DNA of 64,000 bases from the human T2T-CHM13v2.0 reference genome, Homo sapiens: the NCBI RefSeq assembly GCF_009914755.1, contig NC_060933.1; one strand, written 5' to 3'. The first letter of the stretch is position 1. The number at the start of each line of letters is the position of its first letter. This document shows, piece by piece, positions 1-13,787 of the stretch. The translations under genes and the position numbers were made by a program. Below the pieces are notes generated by a model that saw nothing but the letters and a program-made list of their open reading frames with translations, ran no database searches and was not told the origin of the DNA.

Positions 1-487
1 TAAATATTTTGATAACTGTATTTCAAAATCAGTTTTCTTTGTAATCATATGCACTTAAATTTATTCACTTAAAATTGTTATTCTGGGCCAGGTGAGGTAG
101 CTCACACCTGTAATCCCAGCACTTTGGGAGGAAGACACAGGCGGATCACTTGAGGTCAGGAGTTCGAGACCAGCCTGGCCAACATGGTGAGCCCATGTCT
201 CTACCAAAAACACAAAAATTAGCCAGGCGTGGTGGTGTAAGCCTGCAGTCCCAGCTACTTCGGAGTCTGAGGCATGAGAATCACTTGAACCCAGGAGGCA
301 GAGGTCGCAGTGAACCAAGACCACACCACTGCACTCCAGCCTGGTCAAGAGAGTGAGACTGTCTCAAAAAAAAAAAATAAATAAATAAATAAATAAATAA
401 AATAAAAAAAAAATTATTCTGAAAAGCAGACCATGGGCTTCAGACTGAACAATGGTTCCAAGGCATAAAAAAGTTAAGAATCTCTGC
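1..487. mobile_element. hAT-Charlie DNA transposon remnant (Charlie4a/MER80-like), interrupted by an Alu
   Basis: Similar to the copy at 63090-63560; Alu flanked by TTATTCTG duplication. Confidence 0.5.
86..411 (+). mobile_element. Alu
   Basis: Dimeric Alu with A/(TAAA)n tail; TTATTCTG repeated at 78-85 and 414-421. Confidence 0.95.
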
Positions 488-850
488 TTGCTCAGAGGTA
501 CAGATCCCTCACTTGTTTACAACTATGTCATAATGAGGGGAATTAAAAGTTTAGTTTTTTTGCTTTGCCATAAAGCAAATTATAAAAAGATACACATCAT
601 TGATAATTTTCGACCTAACCTTATTATTTAATTTCTAAGTAATTTCCCCTAAGCACCAGCATAAAAATTATTCAAAATAACAACTGTAATCTCACACAGA
701 GCATCCAATAACAAATGTTAACACTTACACATGTAAAACATACAGGCACACAGCAACTATAACAATGAAGCGAGACTGTGAAACATTTTATCAAGAAACT
801 CAAGTGTTCATACACTTTAAAAACTTGGTTAAAAATGAGGTACTATTTAC

Positions 851-1014
851 CATCTCTCTTTTGGAAAATTTTTTAAAATTTCTTTAATGATTGGCTGGTA
901 ACAGGCATCCCTTTCTGCTTTCCCAGTTTCACTCCAGTCTCTCACAAACTGTTTCAGCGTGGATTTTAACTTATCCATGTCAAATGTAGATGCTGGCATA
1001 ATCTTTCCATTCCC
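851..1014 (-). CDS. CARNMT1: CARNMT1 coding exon 3 ([54 protein letters not shown])
   Basis: Acceptor AAACAG|GGG, donor ATG|GTAAAT; 164 nt; contains the QFVRDWS motif typical of the N2227/CARNMT1 family; later exons lie off the left edge. Confidence 0.95.
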
Positions 1015-1091
1015 CTGTTTAAAAAACAGACATCAATTAGCTTCTGAGAGAGTAATCCACTTATATTATGGTTAAATAGACATGCTACTAA

Positions 1092-1440
1092 GGGGCTATA
1101 TAGGTGGTTTAGTGGATAAATCACTAGCCTCTCACCTCAACTGGGGTTCAAGTGCAGCTTGAGATCCTAAATGAAAAGAGTTTGGTGGTCTCACTGCTAC
1201 CCTCAAAAGATTAAGGTCCATTAATCATAAAACCACCATATAATTAAGCAGTCTTTACTCAGGAGAGGACCAAACTGAGCTGCTATGGAGACCGAACATC
1301 CTCTCTAAGAGAGGGAAGAAAGTCCCTCCAGGTCATTGATGGGGCAGCATGGAGAGGCTCACACTGGAGTGGCCCAACTGTATCCATCCTGTGGATACAA
1401 AAAGAGGACTTCAGTTTCTATGTACTGCCAGTCCCTTGAG
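1092..1440 (+). mobile_element. Ancient tRNA-head SINE of the LF-SINE lineage (LFSINE_Vert or MamSINE1)
   Basis: Pol III A box TGGTTTAGTGG 1105-1115, B box GGTTCAAGTGC 1145-1155; body blocks GAGTTTGGTGGTCTCA, AAAACCACC, ATGGAGACCGAAC, GTCCCTCCAGGTCA, CTGTGGATA..AGAGGACTTCAGT occur in the order of the LF-SINE consensus as I recall it. Confidence 0.75.
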
Positions 1441-1835
1441 ATTTATAAGTGAAAACAATTTCTTACAATAAAAGATGAACAGCAATAGATACAAGACACT
1501 GAAAAAATATGAGTTAAGCAAGGGAAATTAATTTCTAGCTAGTAAAGTTGCTTTTAAAAATTTAAGTCACTAACCCTGTATTCCAAAACAGAACATTATG
1601 TCAAAATGCATCAAAATCTCAACAGTTATATTAGTACTTAAAAAAGGAAAACAAGTGAACAGATCCAGTCTCTGGCTATTAAGCCTAATCAAATGACTGA
1701 ACATTTAAGTTAAAACTTTCTGAGTAGAGCAAATAGCCTGTGCCAGATTATAAAAATGAAATCCAGAAAATAAAAGACCTCAAAATACAGAGGTTGACCC
1801 TAAAATAAACAGAAATAGAACAAACTTTCACATAC

Positions 1836-2031
1836 ATCTTCTCCATATTCTTTATTTTCAAACATATGTATGCAATCATTCACAATGGTCAGTAGTATTT
1901 CTTGATTATGATCAATGCATTTCCGGATCTTGTCCAAGTGAAGAAGAAACTGAGGAAGTAGTTTCTGTTGGTTAGCTGGAAGTGATCGAAACTGTCTTTC
2001 TGTTCGGTTCACCCGCTCATGCATACTGGTG
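1836..2031 (-). CDS. CARNMT1: CARNMT1 coding exon 2 ([14 protein letters not shown]...FENKEYGED)
   Basis: Acceptor TTTTAG|C at 2032/2031, donor GAT|GTATGT at 1836/1835; 196 nt; frame continuous with exons 1 and 3; overlaps ORF 1800..2024. Confidence 0.95.
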
Positions 2032-2644
2032 CTAAAACATAAAAGGTGTTTTTTAAATTCACAAAAGAATTCTCACCAGAGGCCAATCTTACTTTAAGGT
2101 TGTCTTTCTGTACAATTATTTCCTTATTATGCTGGATACTGTCCTATCATTTACAATCTCTTGGCTTTAAAAAGGCATTAACTTATAAAGTTGTAAATGT
2201 TTTTACTTTATTACAAGTCCTTCTCTAAGCAACCAAAATACAAATGGTTTATCACTAGTAAAAGTAAACATATGCACCAATTAGAAGAGGAAAAAGAAGA
2301 TTAATGTACAATTAATTTATTTTTGTGTTTTAAACTTAAAATTTTCAGCAAAACCAGCTTTAGATTTTTCCATCTTTAAGTAGCAAAATAAATACTGCTA
2401 TGAAATTATAATACACACAAAATATGTCCTGAAATTAACTAAAAGCTAACCAGGTTGATTTTTTTTAAATATCATAGAAGATCTTATATACTACAAATTA
2501 CTAAGCAAATAAAAAATTAAAATTCTATAGTGTTTTACTTAACAATACCCACAATTTGCATTCCAAAAACGAACCCAAAGGTCACTTTGGGGACTACTTA
2601 TTCATAAAACCAGAAAATAGAACATAATTTTTACTTATATTTAC

Positions 2645-2946
<302 letters not shown>

Positions 2947-3266
2947 ATAAGAACATCATTTTTTAAAGTTAAATATATACTCACAGTATATCATTTTTAT
3001 ATTGACAAGATGGCCAAAATTTAAAATCCTGACTATATCAAATTTTGGTGATTGGTGAAAATATGGTGTAATTAGGACATTTACACACTAATGGTAAGTG
3101 CATACATCAGCGCAACCACTTTGGAAAATTAAATTTAGAGCATTACCTAGTACAACTTAGCATGGTACTTGCCTTATGACCTAGCAATTATATCCTAGAA
3201 ACTCTTGCAAATGGGCCCCATGAAACATGAACAATCTTTGTCATAGCACTGTTAGAGATAAGAAAC

Positions 3267-3615
<349 letters not shown>

Positions 3616-3707
3616 TTATCATATAGTTACTATAGAATGAAGAAATTACAGTATAGTTATACAGTGGAATGCAGCGAAATGAGTAAATTACAGCTCATAC
3701 AATAATA

Positions 3708-4506
3708 TGTGAAGACTAAACGCTGATCTTTTTTATATTTTCTCTCTTCTCCAAGTTCTTCACTAAGAGGCCTGGGGAGTCATGCCTTACTAATTACGAA
3801 ATCTCACTGGACAGGTTTTTATTAACCCTATATAATACGACTTACTTTCCAACCTGACTCTGGTATGGCATCTTATGACAAATAGCAGACTCAGAAGGAA
3901 ATCAGAATATTTTACCCCAAAATATATTTGACATTTTGAAATGGCTGCCACATGGCCAACGGATTTCAATGGCCCCACAAAGCCATGTTTCCTAGGGGAA
4001 ATATGCATCTGTCAAGAATCTCCATTAATGCAACCAGGCCTTCCTTTCTAGGCCTTTCCTGGATCCAGGAGAGATTAACTGAGAGCCTGATAACATTAAA
4101 GTCTAAAAAGTGACATTTAGTATCTCTTCCCTCTGAGGGCTGCTACCTAGGAGGCTTCAATTAACTTAACAAGAACCTTGGCCTTCACAAGCCCCTTAAC
4201 TCAAGCATTCCTTTCTACTTACCATAGCTTACCTCTATCAACCAACTACCAGCTGAAGAATCCTTAAAACCCACCTATGACTTGTAACCCCCTCTTTAAG
4301 ATGTCCTACCTTTTGAGTGAGATCAATGTATACCTTGCATGTAATTCCTGTATCTAAAATGTATAAAACCAAGCTGTAACCTGACCACCTGGGGTGCACT
4401 TTGTCAGGGTTGTTTGAGATCGTGTAACCACAGGCTGCAGTCACTATCATATTGGCCCAGAACAAACCTCTAAATATATTTTGGCAGAAATTGGTTACTC
4501 CCATCA
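3708..4506 (+). mobile_element. ERV1 solo LTR (MER4/MER34/MER39 group)
   Basis: TG start, TATTTTACCCCAAAATATAT and TGTATAAAACCAAGCTGTA blocks typical of this group, ends ...CATCA. Confidence 0.6.
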
Positions 4507-4779
4507 CCATCTGGATAACCTCAAGAACATATACATTTGTTGAAAACAATTGCAGTAAAATACATAATGTACAATTGCATTTCATAGAAAACTAAATATT
4601 ATTTAGGGACTGAGCATATGTGGAAAAACTACAAAGAAAGCAAAGAAGTAAAAATTCAGGTTAATGATTCTGAGGGTGAAAGAGACAGGATAATGTGTTT
4701 TAAAAACTAGGTGATTTATAAGTGTTCACTGTAATATTCCTTACATTTTATATCTATATATGTATGTGTATATGTTTAA

Positions 4780-5151
<372 letters not shown>

Positions 5152-5774
5152 TTCATTTTCATTTTCAATTTCACTTTCATTTTCAATATCTTTGTCATTT
5201 GGTTTCTTAAATCTTCATTCATCCAAACAATTTTCTTATTTTTACCCTCTGCCAAATTATTCCAACTGCCAAACAGTAATGAACTTCAGAAGAAGCTCCT
5301 GACAAACAACCAAAAACCTGGCTGGTCGCGTTTTTACAAGCTTGTGTTTGGTGGCTTGGTGTGGGGGGCCCTTAGGGATAAGGTGAAGAGATCAAGTTGT
5401 CAGAAGCTCCACTGACATGCCCCTCTGGGGAGAGTATAATAATGAGCTTTGAAGTCAGAAAGATCAGGGATGAAATCCAGGTTATGACACCTATTTGCCA
5501 CATGACACCAGGCAAATTACCGCCTTCCTTTGTCCAACTCTCTCATATACAGAAGCAAGATAAGAATGAACAATGATGATGATCATGGAAGCTGCCATTT
5601 GAGATTTAATAAATACCAGGGACTAAACCAAGTCAGTTAATACGGATTATTCTGAAAGATCTTCATAATTAGGTAGGTAGCATTACCTTCCTCTGCCTAG
5701 CAGACAGGGTTTCATTGGAAAAATAACGTACTCAAAAGATTTAGCCCAACAGCTGAAAACACAGCAAGCGCTCA

Positions 5775-6088
5775 AAATATATATACTATATATATACCTA
5801 CTGTTCAATATACTATATAGAGTATATATACATAGTATATACATAGTATATATGTATATATACATAGTATATACATAGTATATATACTACTATATACATA
5901 CCATATATATTATATATAGTATATATACTACTATACATACCATATATATTATATACATAGTATATATCTACTATATACAGTATATATACTATATACATAC
6001 TATATATAGTATAAATAGTATATATAATATAAATAGTATATATAGGATAAATATATATACTATATATATATATATATCTACTGTTCAA
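5775..6088. repeat. Degenerate (TA)n/TATAG/TATAC AT-rich array
   Basis: About 300 nt of alternating T/A with interspersed C/G. Confidence 0.95.
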
Positions 6089-6246
6089 AAAAGGAGTAGG
6101 TATATCTCATTTATATTACTAAAATGTTCAAAGCATGAACAATGTAGAAATTAGAAGTACTCAGGAAAGAAGGCCTAATAATTCCTCTTCTAGAGGGAAC
6201 CACTTCTAACCTTTTGGCACATTTCCGTTTTGCTTAACACAAAGTT

Positions 6247-6551
6247 GCAGTGGCTCATGCCAGTAATCCCAGTATTTTGGGAGGCCAAGGTGGGAAGCCT
6301 GTTTGAGGCCAGGTGTTCAAAACCGGCCTGGGCAATATAGCAAGACCATCCTCTCTACAAAAAAATAAAAAAACAAAATGAGCCAGGCGTGGTGGTGCAT
6401 GCCTGTAGTCTCACCTACTTGGGAGGCTGAGGTAGGAGAATTGCTTTAGCCCAGAAAGTCAAGGGGGCAGCGAGCTATGATTGTGTCACTGCACTACAGG
6501 CTGCGTAACAGAGCAAAAACCCTGTCTCCAAAAAAGAGAAGAAAAAAAAAA
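6247..6551 (+). mobile_element. Alu (AluJ-like)
   Basis: Diverged dimer. Confidence 0.9.
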
Positions 6552-6800
6552 GTCATCTAGCATCTTACTTTTTTTAAGCTGAATATTGACAAATTATAAT
6601 TGTCTATATTTGTGGGGTACAAAGTGGATGTTCATCATTCCATCTTAGGTAACCATCAGTGACTTAGCTATTTCCCAACTACTGGGCATTTAGACACTCA
6701 CTTGTTTTTGTGATGAACATTTTGTGTTCAAAATCTGTCTATAATTTAGGAAAAAAATTAGCATAAACTCTCAAAACCAGAATTACCAGGTGAGAAGGAA

Positions 6801-7115
<315 letters not shown>

Positions 7116-7444
7116 AGGAGTTAGTATTTTTAAGGCTCTTGATATAAAATGATGTGCAAAAAGACTCCATAAATTTACATTCCTAACAGCAGAGTATGAC
7201 ATTAAAGGAACTAAAATGGCCACATCAAGTTAGGCAAACAGCAGAGCTTCAACAGTTGAACAGCCTTACAGAGCTTTCTTCCTAGTGTTTACTCCCGGGC
7301 TCTGGATGCCCCACAACTTCCCTCTCACCATACTCAAAACTCATATCCAAAGTGAACTTAGCACATGCCCCACAAAAACCTGCCCTCCTTCCTTCATGGC
7401 TAAGATTAACAAATGCACCCAAGTTAGAAATTAAAGGAGTCATC

Positions 7445-7768
<324 letters not shown>

Positions 7769-8293
7769 CTAAATGCCTCTTCTCCTAGTCCCACAATCAA
7801 TAAACCCAGGATACTTTTCAATTCTACTTCCTAACTCCTCCCCTGCCCTTCCTGCCCCACCTCTAATCAGAAGAATTATTCTAAAACACAAGTGTCATCT
7901 TGGTCATTATTCAATATCTCCGTATTTCAGCATATGTAAAAAGCAATAAATGTTCAGTTATATTCCCACGGGTGCCACTTTTGGTTTTCCATGGAGACTA
8001 CTTATCACCAAGTAATATCAAGGTTGCAAGGGTGAGTTGAGATAAGTTATAGATTGGTTACAAGAGCTGTCAATTTTTGATACAGAAGTAACTACACAGA
8101 GCAGGATGAGATCCTTAAACCCCTGGTTACTTAATGGTGTGCAAAGCTGCCATAACATACATCCACCAGTGACTCTTAAAATAGGTGGGATCTTACTAAA
8201 GTTGAGAATATAGTCCAATCCTTATTATACCCTTATAACTGGGGCTAACTTCACTATCCTGCACATGCTTACGCTATCAGAATTGCTTTAAGG

Positions 8294-8482
8294 CAGGGGC
8301 CCATTGGCTACCTGGTTTTTGTACAGTCTTATTGGTACAAAGCCACACTATTTGATTACACAAAGCCTAAGGCTCCTTCCATTCAAGGGCAGAGTTGATG
8401 AGTTGTAACAAGAGACCACTTGGCCTTCAGAGCTTAAAATATTTACTGCCTGGCCCTTTTAAGAAACTCTGCCAAACCTGCT
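8294..8482. mobile_element. MER58-like hAT MITE
   Basis: AAAATATTTACT..CTGGCCCTTT..AAAC..TGCCAAACCTG end. Confidence 0.55.
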
Positions 8483-9364
8483 TTGAAGGAGTATTTTACA
8501 AAAATCAGACTCTCCTTGGTTCTGAACTAAGTCAGCATCAGGAGGTGACATCCTCTTGCCGATAAGAGGAGAAAGTAAACTTAGTAGTCATTTTTCCCCA
8601 ATGGTGGTATCTCTACCTCTAACTCTCTCTAGAAACCTGGTGTCAGCAGTGACCTCAACTCTGATTTAGTCACCTGTCATCAGGGTGAGCCCACACCAGG
8701 TCTGATCTAAAGGCCATGGTCACAGGCCCATTCCTCTGCACCTAGTTGAACTACTCTAGGAAATCCAAATAGAAAAAACATAACTTGTCAGAAACAAAGC
8801 CTGGCCTGTCTTGATTCATTTTAAATCTTTATTAAATACCTAACATTAAATTTGTGTTACTAGTATAACTCCTCATTAATGCACAGTAAAATTTTAGGTA
8901 ACGATTTTGGATTTTAGGTCAGATTCTACCACAACTGGATTGTGTAACCCTGAGCAAGTTGCTTACCGCTTTGTGTCTATCCACATCCTCACCTGTAAAA
9001 ATCAGTTCTAAATCTCAATATTAAAAAATCTCACCCCGTTATTTCTAAAAGTAAGAAGTTTCTGAAAAGACTTTCAGCTTTTCAACTCTAGTGTTTTCTA
9101 TGTGCTGAGGTGCTTCATTCGTAACAAGACTGGGTTATAAAACTAACATTTTTGCTATTCAATACAAATGAGCTATATCCATTTTTACCTTAATGAGAAT
9201 GTCATCTAAGCAAAATCTGTGGGAATCACAAAATTGAAACCCATTAGAAAGAGAAAATATTAATCAAAAGACATTCCTTGCTTTATGACCTTTTATCTAA
9301 ATCTCCTACGTATTAACTAAAAGACATTTTGCAGTAAAATTGAACCCTGCAAAATCTGGACGTA

Positions 9365-10348
9365 CAGCTGACCCTTGAACAATACTTGGGTTGGGGCACC
9401 AACCCCCTGTGCAGTCGAAAACCCACACCTAACTTTGATTCACCAAAAACTTAACTACTAATAGCCTACTACTGACCGAAAGCCGTACCAATAACATAAA
9501 CAACTGACAGATATGTTGTATGTTAATATATTACGTACTGTATTCTTACAATAAAGCTAAGAAAATATTAAGAAAGTCGTAGGAAAGGGAAAATACATTT
9601 ACACTACTGCACTGCATTTATCAATACTATAAGTTTACATAATTTGATTACAAGATGAATCCTCTGTCTGAAATGGGGTTGGGGGGCAACCTCCAACTGC
9701 AGACCTCTATCTACAGTACATATCAAACAAATCAACTTTTTCTTGTAATGTCTTTTTTCTCTGCTTCTTGGGAGCACCTGCAGCATCACCAGTGGCACGT
9801 CATATGGGACCCATGGTGTTATTTAAGGTTTATGGTATTGCATTAAATTTGATGAAATCTGTTTACTGCTATATGCAATTTACTTGACAGACAAAAGCAG
9901 AGTGATTATTTTAAGAAGATACTGGTAACATCTGAGCTTACTGCAAAAGCAACAGGAAGTGGCTACAAAATTATTACAGTAGTACAGTATCTACTACAGA
10001 TAATTTTATGCAACTAAGATTTAATGCTACATCTTTGCTTGTTTACATTTATCTCAATTGCAAATAGCTCCATGTAAGATCTGTGTTTGTGTAAGTTTTG
10101 ATAAATTTTAACTTTTTATAATAGATTTGTGTATATTTTATGGTAGTAAATGATAAACTAGTATCTACACATATGCATTCATGGCATAATTTTTTCTTAA
10201 TTTTTTCACTATTTCTAGGCTATGCAAGTTTGCTAAGTTTTTCAAATTGTTGCAAATGTCAAAACAATTTTCCAATATGTTTATTTCAAAAAATTTGTGT
10301 ATAAGTGGACCCGTGCAGTTCAGATCCATATTGTTTAAGGGTCAACTG
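9365..10348. mobile_element. Tigger2-family TcMar DNA transposon (Tigger2b-like, internally deleted)
   Basis: TIRs CAGCTGACCCTTGAACAA / TTGTTTAAGGGTCAACTG with TA duplication on both sides. Confidence 0.88.
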
Positions 10349-10369
10349 TACTTGCTAAATGTGTAGAAC

Positions 10370-10575
10370 CGGATTGTCCATCACAACCTACTTCGATAAT
10401 GGAAAAGCTTTTATTTGCACTGTCCAGTACAGCAGACTCTAGCCACATGTAGCTATTGAGCACCTGAAATATGGGTAGTGAAACTGAGCAACTAAATTTT
10501 AAAGCTTATTAAATACTAATTAATTTTAGCTTAAATTTATCCAGATATGATTAGTGGCTACAGTTTAAGTCTAGA
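10370..10575. mobile_element. MER3/MER33-like hAT MITE
   Basis: CTAGCCACATGTAGCTATTGAGCACCTGAAAT block. Confidence 0.65.
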
Positions 10576-12379
10576 AGATCACAAAATATTAGAATGTAAC
10601 AATCCACTGTTCTCTGCTACATAAACTTTCTGTACCCCTAGGCTTTAAGTGACATTTTAAAAAGCATATTTTTGATGTTATACTATTTTCAGCCCAAGTA
10701 TTTGAAGTGTTTCAAGAGAGTATATACAAATAAAAACTGTTTTTTTTAAAAAATGAAATGTCCTGAATCCAACATTACACTGGTAAAGAAGAGAGTATAG
10801 GAAATAGTATCACAACCACTAGAATATTCACACAAGATCTCTTCTCTATATTGCCACACTTCAGTTCCTGATCAACCCCTACCCCAACAAAGTCCCATCC
10901 CATACTTACCCATAAATATCAATTTTAAATTGGTCCTAATATATTAAAAGTAAGTACAACTACGCACTTAACTAAATGGGTCCACCATATTCCCAAGACA
11001 TTTCCCAATATTCTTTCTAGATTTTTCAAGAGCAAAATGTACCAGACTTTTCTGTATCTCCCACTCTTAGCTATCTGATGTTAGCTGCCTTTCCTAACTT
11101 TATGGTTCTTTCCGTCACAATTCCTGAATCAAATTCAATTCTCTGATGGTCTGACGCCTTGCTCCCTCTGTTACTACTAAACCTGGAGAAATAAAATATC
11201 CAAACTTCTCTTTTGGGCTCCGTAAAGTAATGCTGTCCCTGGTCCCTATTTCTGGGTTTAATCAGTAAATTATTTCATCAAGATCTTCGAAGTTCAAAAG
11301 TTCCTATCACATATACAATCAGATTCCAAATAACTTTAAGCTTTCACTAAGCAAGCTTCTAAATTCAGACTAGTAAACTAATTTAACTATCAGTCAAAAA
11401 CTTGACAGACTATTTGGGAATGAGAAATGTATTTCTTTGCTACTATTTGTTTTGTTAAAAATAGAGCTTAAACAACATATGCCAAGCACTAGTGACATAA
11501 AAATAAAAAAGACTCAGCCCCTGCCCTTGAGGAGGTCACAGCAAAGCAAGAGATTTATAAAAACAACTATAATACATAAGATGAACAATATAAAAAAACT
11601 TTGCATAAAGCACAGCAGGAACCCACCTATGGGAACAGGTTTACCTGCGTAGGAGGTCATGTCTGTCTGATTCCAACTGCAGCCTCAGAACATAGTCACC
11701 GGTGGACTCATATCTCTTACGTGAATAAAAGTGTTATCTTCACCTGAAAATCCAGTTGATTTAAGTCCCTTTCAGCTCTTGGAATTATAATTTTGTGATT
11801 AAGCTACTTTAACATCTATCTAGAAGAAACGTGGAAGTTAGGGAGCTGTTTTTATGAATGAGGAGCATAAAGGTCCTACCACAGTGCCTAGCACACCAGG
11901 GAGAATTAGATACAGATTTGCAGAAAAAAAGAACGTAAAGGCAGCTCTTATTGTGACTTCTCTCATCTCTCCTAATAATTAGCAAATTTTAGAATATCCG
12001 GACCACTTCCGCCCTTAATCACCCACCAGTTAAAGACACTGAGCAGCATCATTCAATCGCTCACACAAAAGTGCAAGTGCGTTCACAGCGCCAAAGAGGG
12101 GTGGGTGGAAATCTTAAACTGCTCTTACAAGCACTGGTAACAGTTTGGGAAAATACGTCCTACAGCATCCCACGCGTAGGTGAACTTGGGCTCTCCGTGT
12201 GTTCAGTTTGGAGGACATCGACCACACACACCAATCAGCCCAGCAGTGGACGATTGTACCACCATCGTCTTCTATCTGAAATTGTTACAGCGCTTCTCTG
12301 GTCACCCCCATCGGCCTCAAAGCCAAACCTTTACGAGGACGGAGGCAGGAGAGCTAATCTGATCCTGAGGTCAGAAGAC

Positions 12380-13280
12380 ACGAGGCTGTGCAGCAGACGG
12401 CGCGGCGGACACGCGGGTGTGCAGGGCCGGGAGGGGCTGGGGTGGTGCGAGGTGACTCGGGGCCCGGAGGTCAGCTGCAGCAGCCGGGTCCCGACGCCTC
12501 GGAGGCGTGGCGGCGGGACGGCGAGCGCCCCCGTTCCGGCGGGTCCGCCGCCACCAGTGGGCGCCCCGACGGTCTGGGCCGGGGTCCGCCACGGGCTCCT
12601 TACCCGTAGTAGCGGAAGGCATTAATGATCTTCCAGAAGTGCTCACGCTCAAGCCTCTCCTCCTCCTCCTCGGTGCTGCGCGTGGCCGCCGCCGCTGCCG
12701 CCGAAACCGCCGCGGCCGAGCCCCAACGCCCGGCGGAAAACTGCACTTCCACCTCCTCGCTGCCACCGCCTCCTCCCCCGCAGCCCTCGGGCAGCCGGGA
12801 GGTGGGCGGCGGAGGGCGACGCCGTCGCTGCATCGCCGCCGCGGCCCTCGGCCTGGCTCGCTTGCGTCTCTCCGCGACCGACAGCGTGGTGGCGGCTGCT
12901 TGGCCTTCCTCTAGACGGCGCCCGCCGCGGACATGCCCCCAGCTCGCGGCGCGCTCCGCCCCCGCCACCCTCAGGCCTCCATCCGCGCTGGGCTCCGCCA
13001 GGTCTTCAGGGCTCCCAGAACCAATGCGCATGCGTGTGCCTTGGTACGCGGAGGGCCCGTGCGGTCTGCGCTCATTTGCTGCCGGGCTTCGGAGACAGCG
13101 CGCTGACGTCACAACCACGCTTCCAAGGGCGGGGCCAAGGCCCCTTGGTGGGAGGCGGAGGAGGAGCTCGTAGGTGGGGTGGGACTGGCACTGCGGTTAC
13201 CTGTGCGCGGCCGCGTGGGTGGGACTTAAGAGCCGGCGAGTGCCGGATTGTTGAGCTGGAGGCTGAACGCGGTCCCAGGC
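12380..13280 (-). promoter_or_regulatory. CARNMT1: CpG island promoter / first exon of CARNMT1
   Basis: Very GC- and CpG-rich; CCAAT 13021-13025, NRF1-like TGCGCATGCGT 13025-13035, perfect CRE TGACGTCA 13104-13111, GC box GGGCGGGGC 13127-13135; no TATA box seen. Confidence 0.9.
12604..12833 (-). CDS. CARNMT1: Carnosine N-methyltransferase 1, coding exon 1 ([17 protein letters not shown]...[13 protein letters not shown])
   Basis: ATG at 12833 in GCGGCGATGC context; translation recognised as CARNMT1/C9orf41 N-terminus; donor GG|GTAAGG at 12604/12603; 230 nt, phase 2 joins exon 2. Confidence 0.95.
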
Positions 13281-13427
13281 ACTAGCAAAGAAGGGAAAGG
13301 CAAAAAGGAAAAGTTCGGCTTTGATGATTTTATTCGGAATTTTTATTTCAGAAAGTCTAGAAGGAACGTCTTGTATCCACCCTAATTTAAGTTTTAATTC
13401 ACTTCCTAAATGAATTCCTATTTTTAA

Positions 13428-13787
<360 letters not shown>

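Noticed and set aside
1092-1165. tRNA gene
   Set aside because: A and B boxes are present but no convincing cloverleaf or T-run terminator; sequence continues into a SINE body
5683-6088. Tyr/Ile-rich ORFs
   Set aside because: Translation of the (TA)n array
12071-13285. Long plus-strand and alternate-frame ORFs over the CpG island (184, 182, 135, 131 aa)
   Set aside because: GC-rich, stop-poor sequence antisense or out of frame to CARNMT1 exon 1; low-complexity R/G/P/A translations with no recognisable domain
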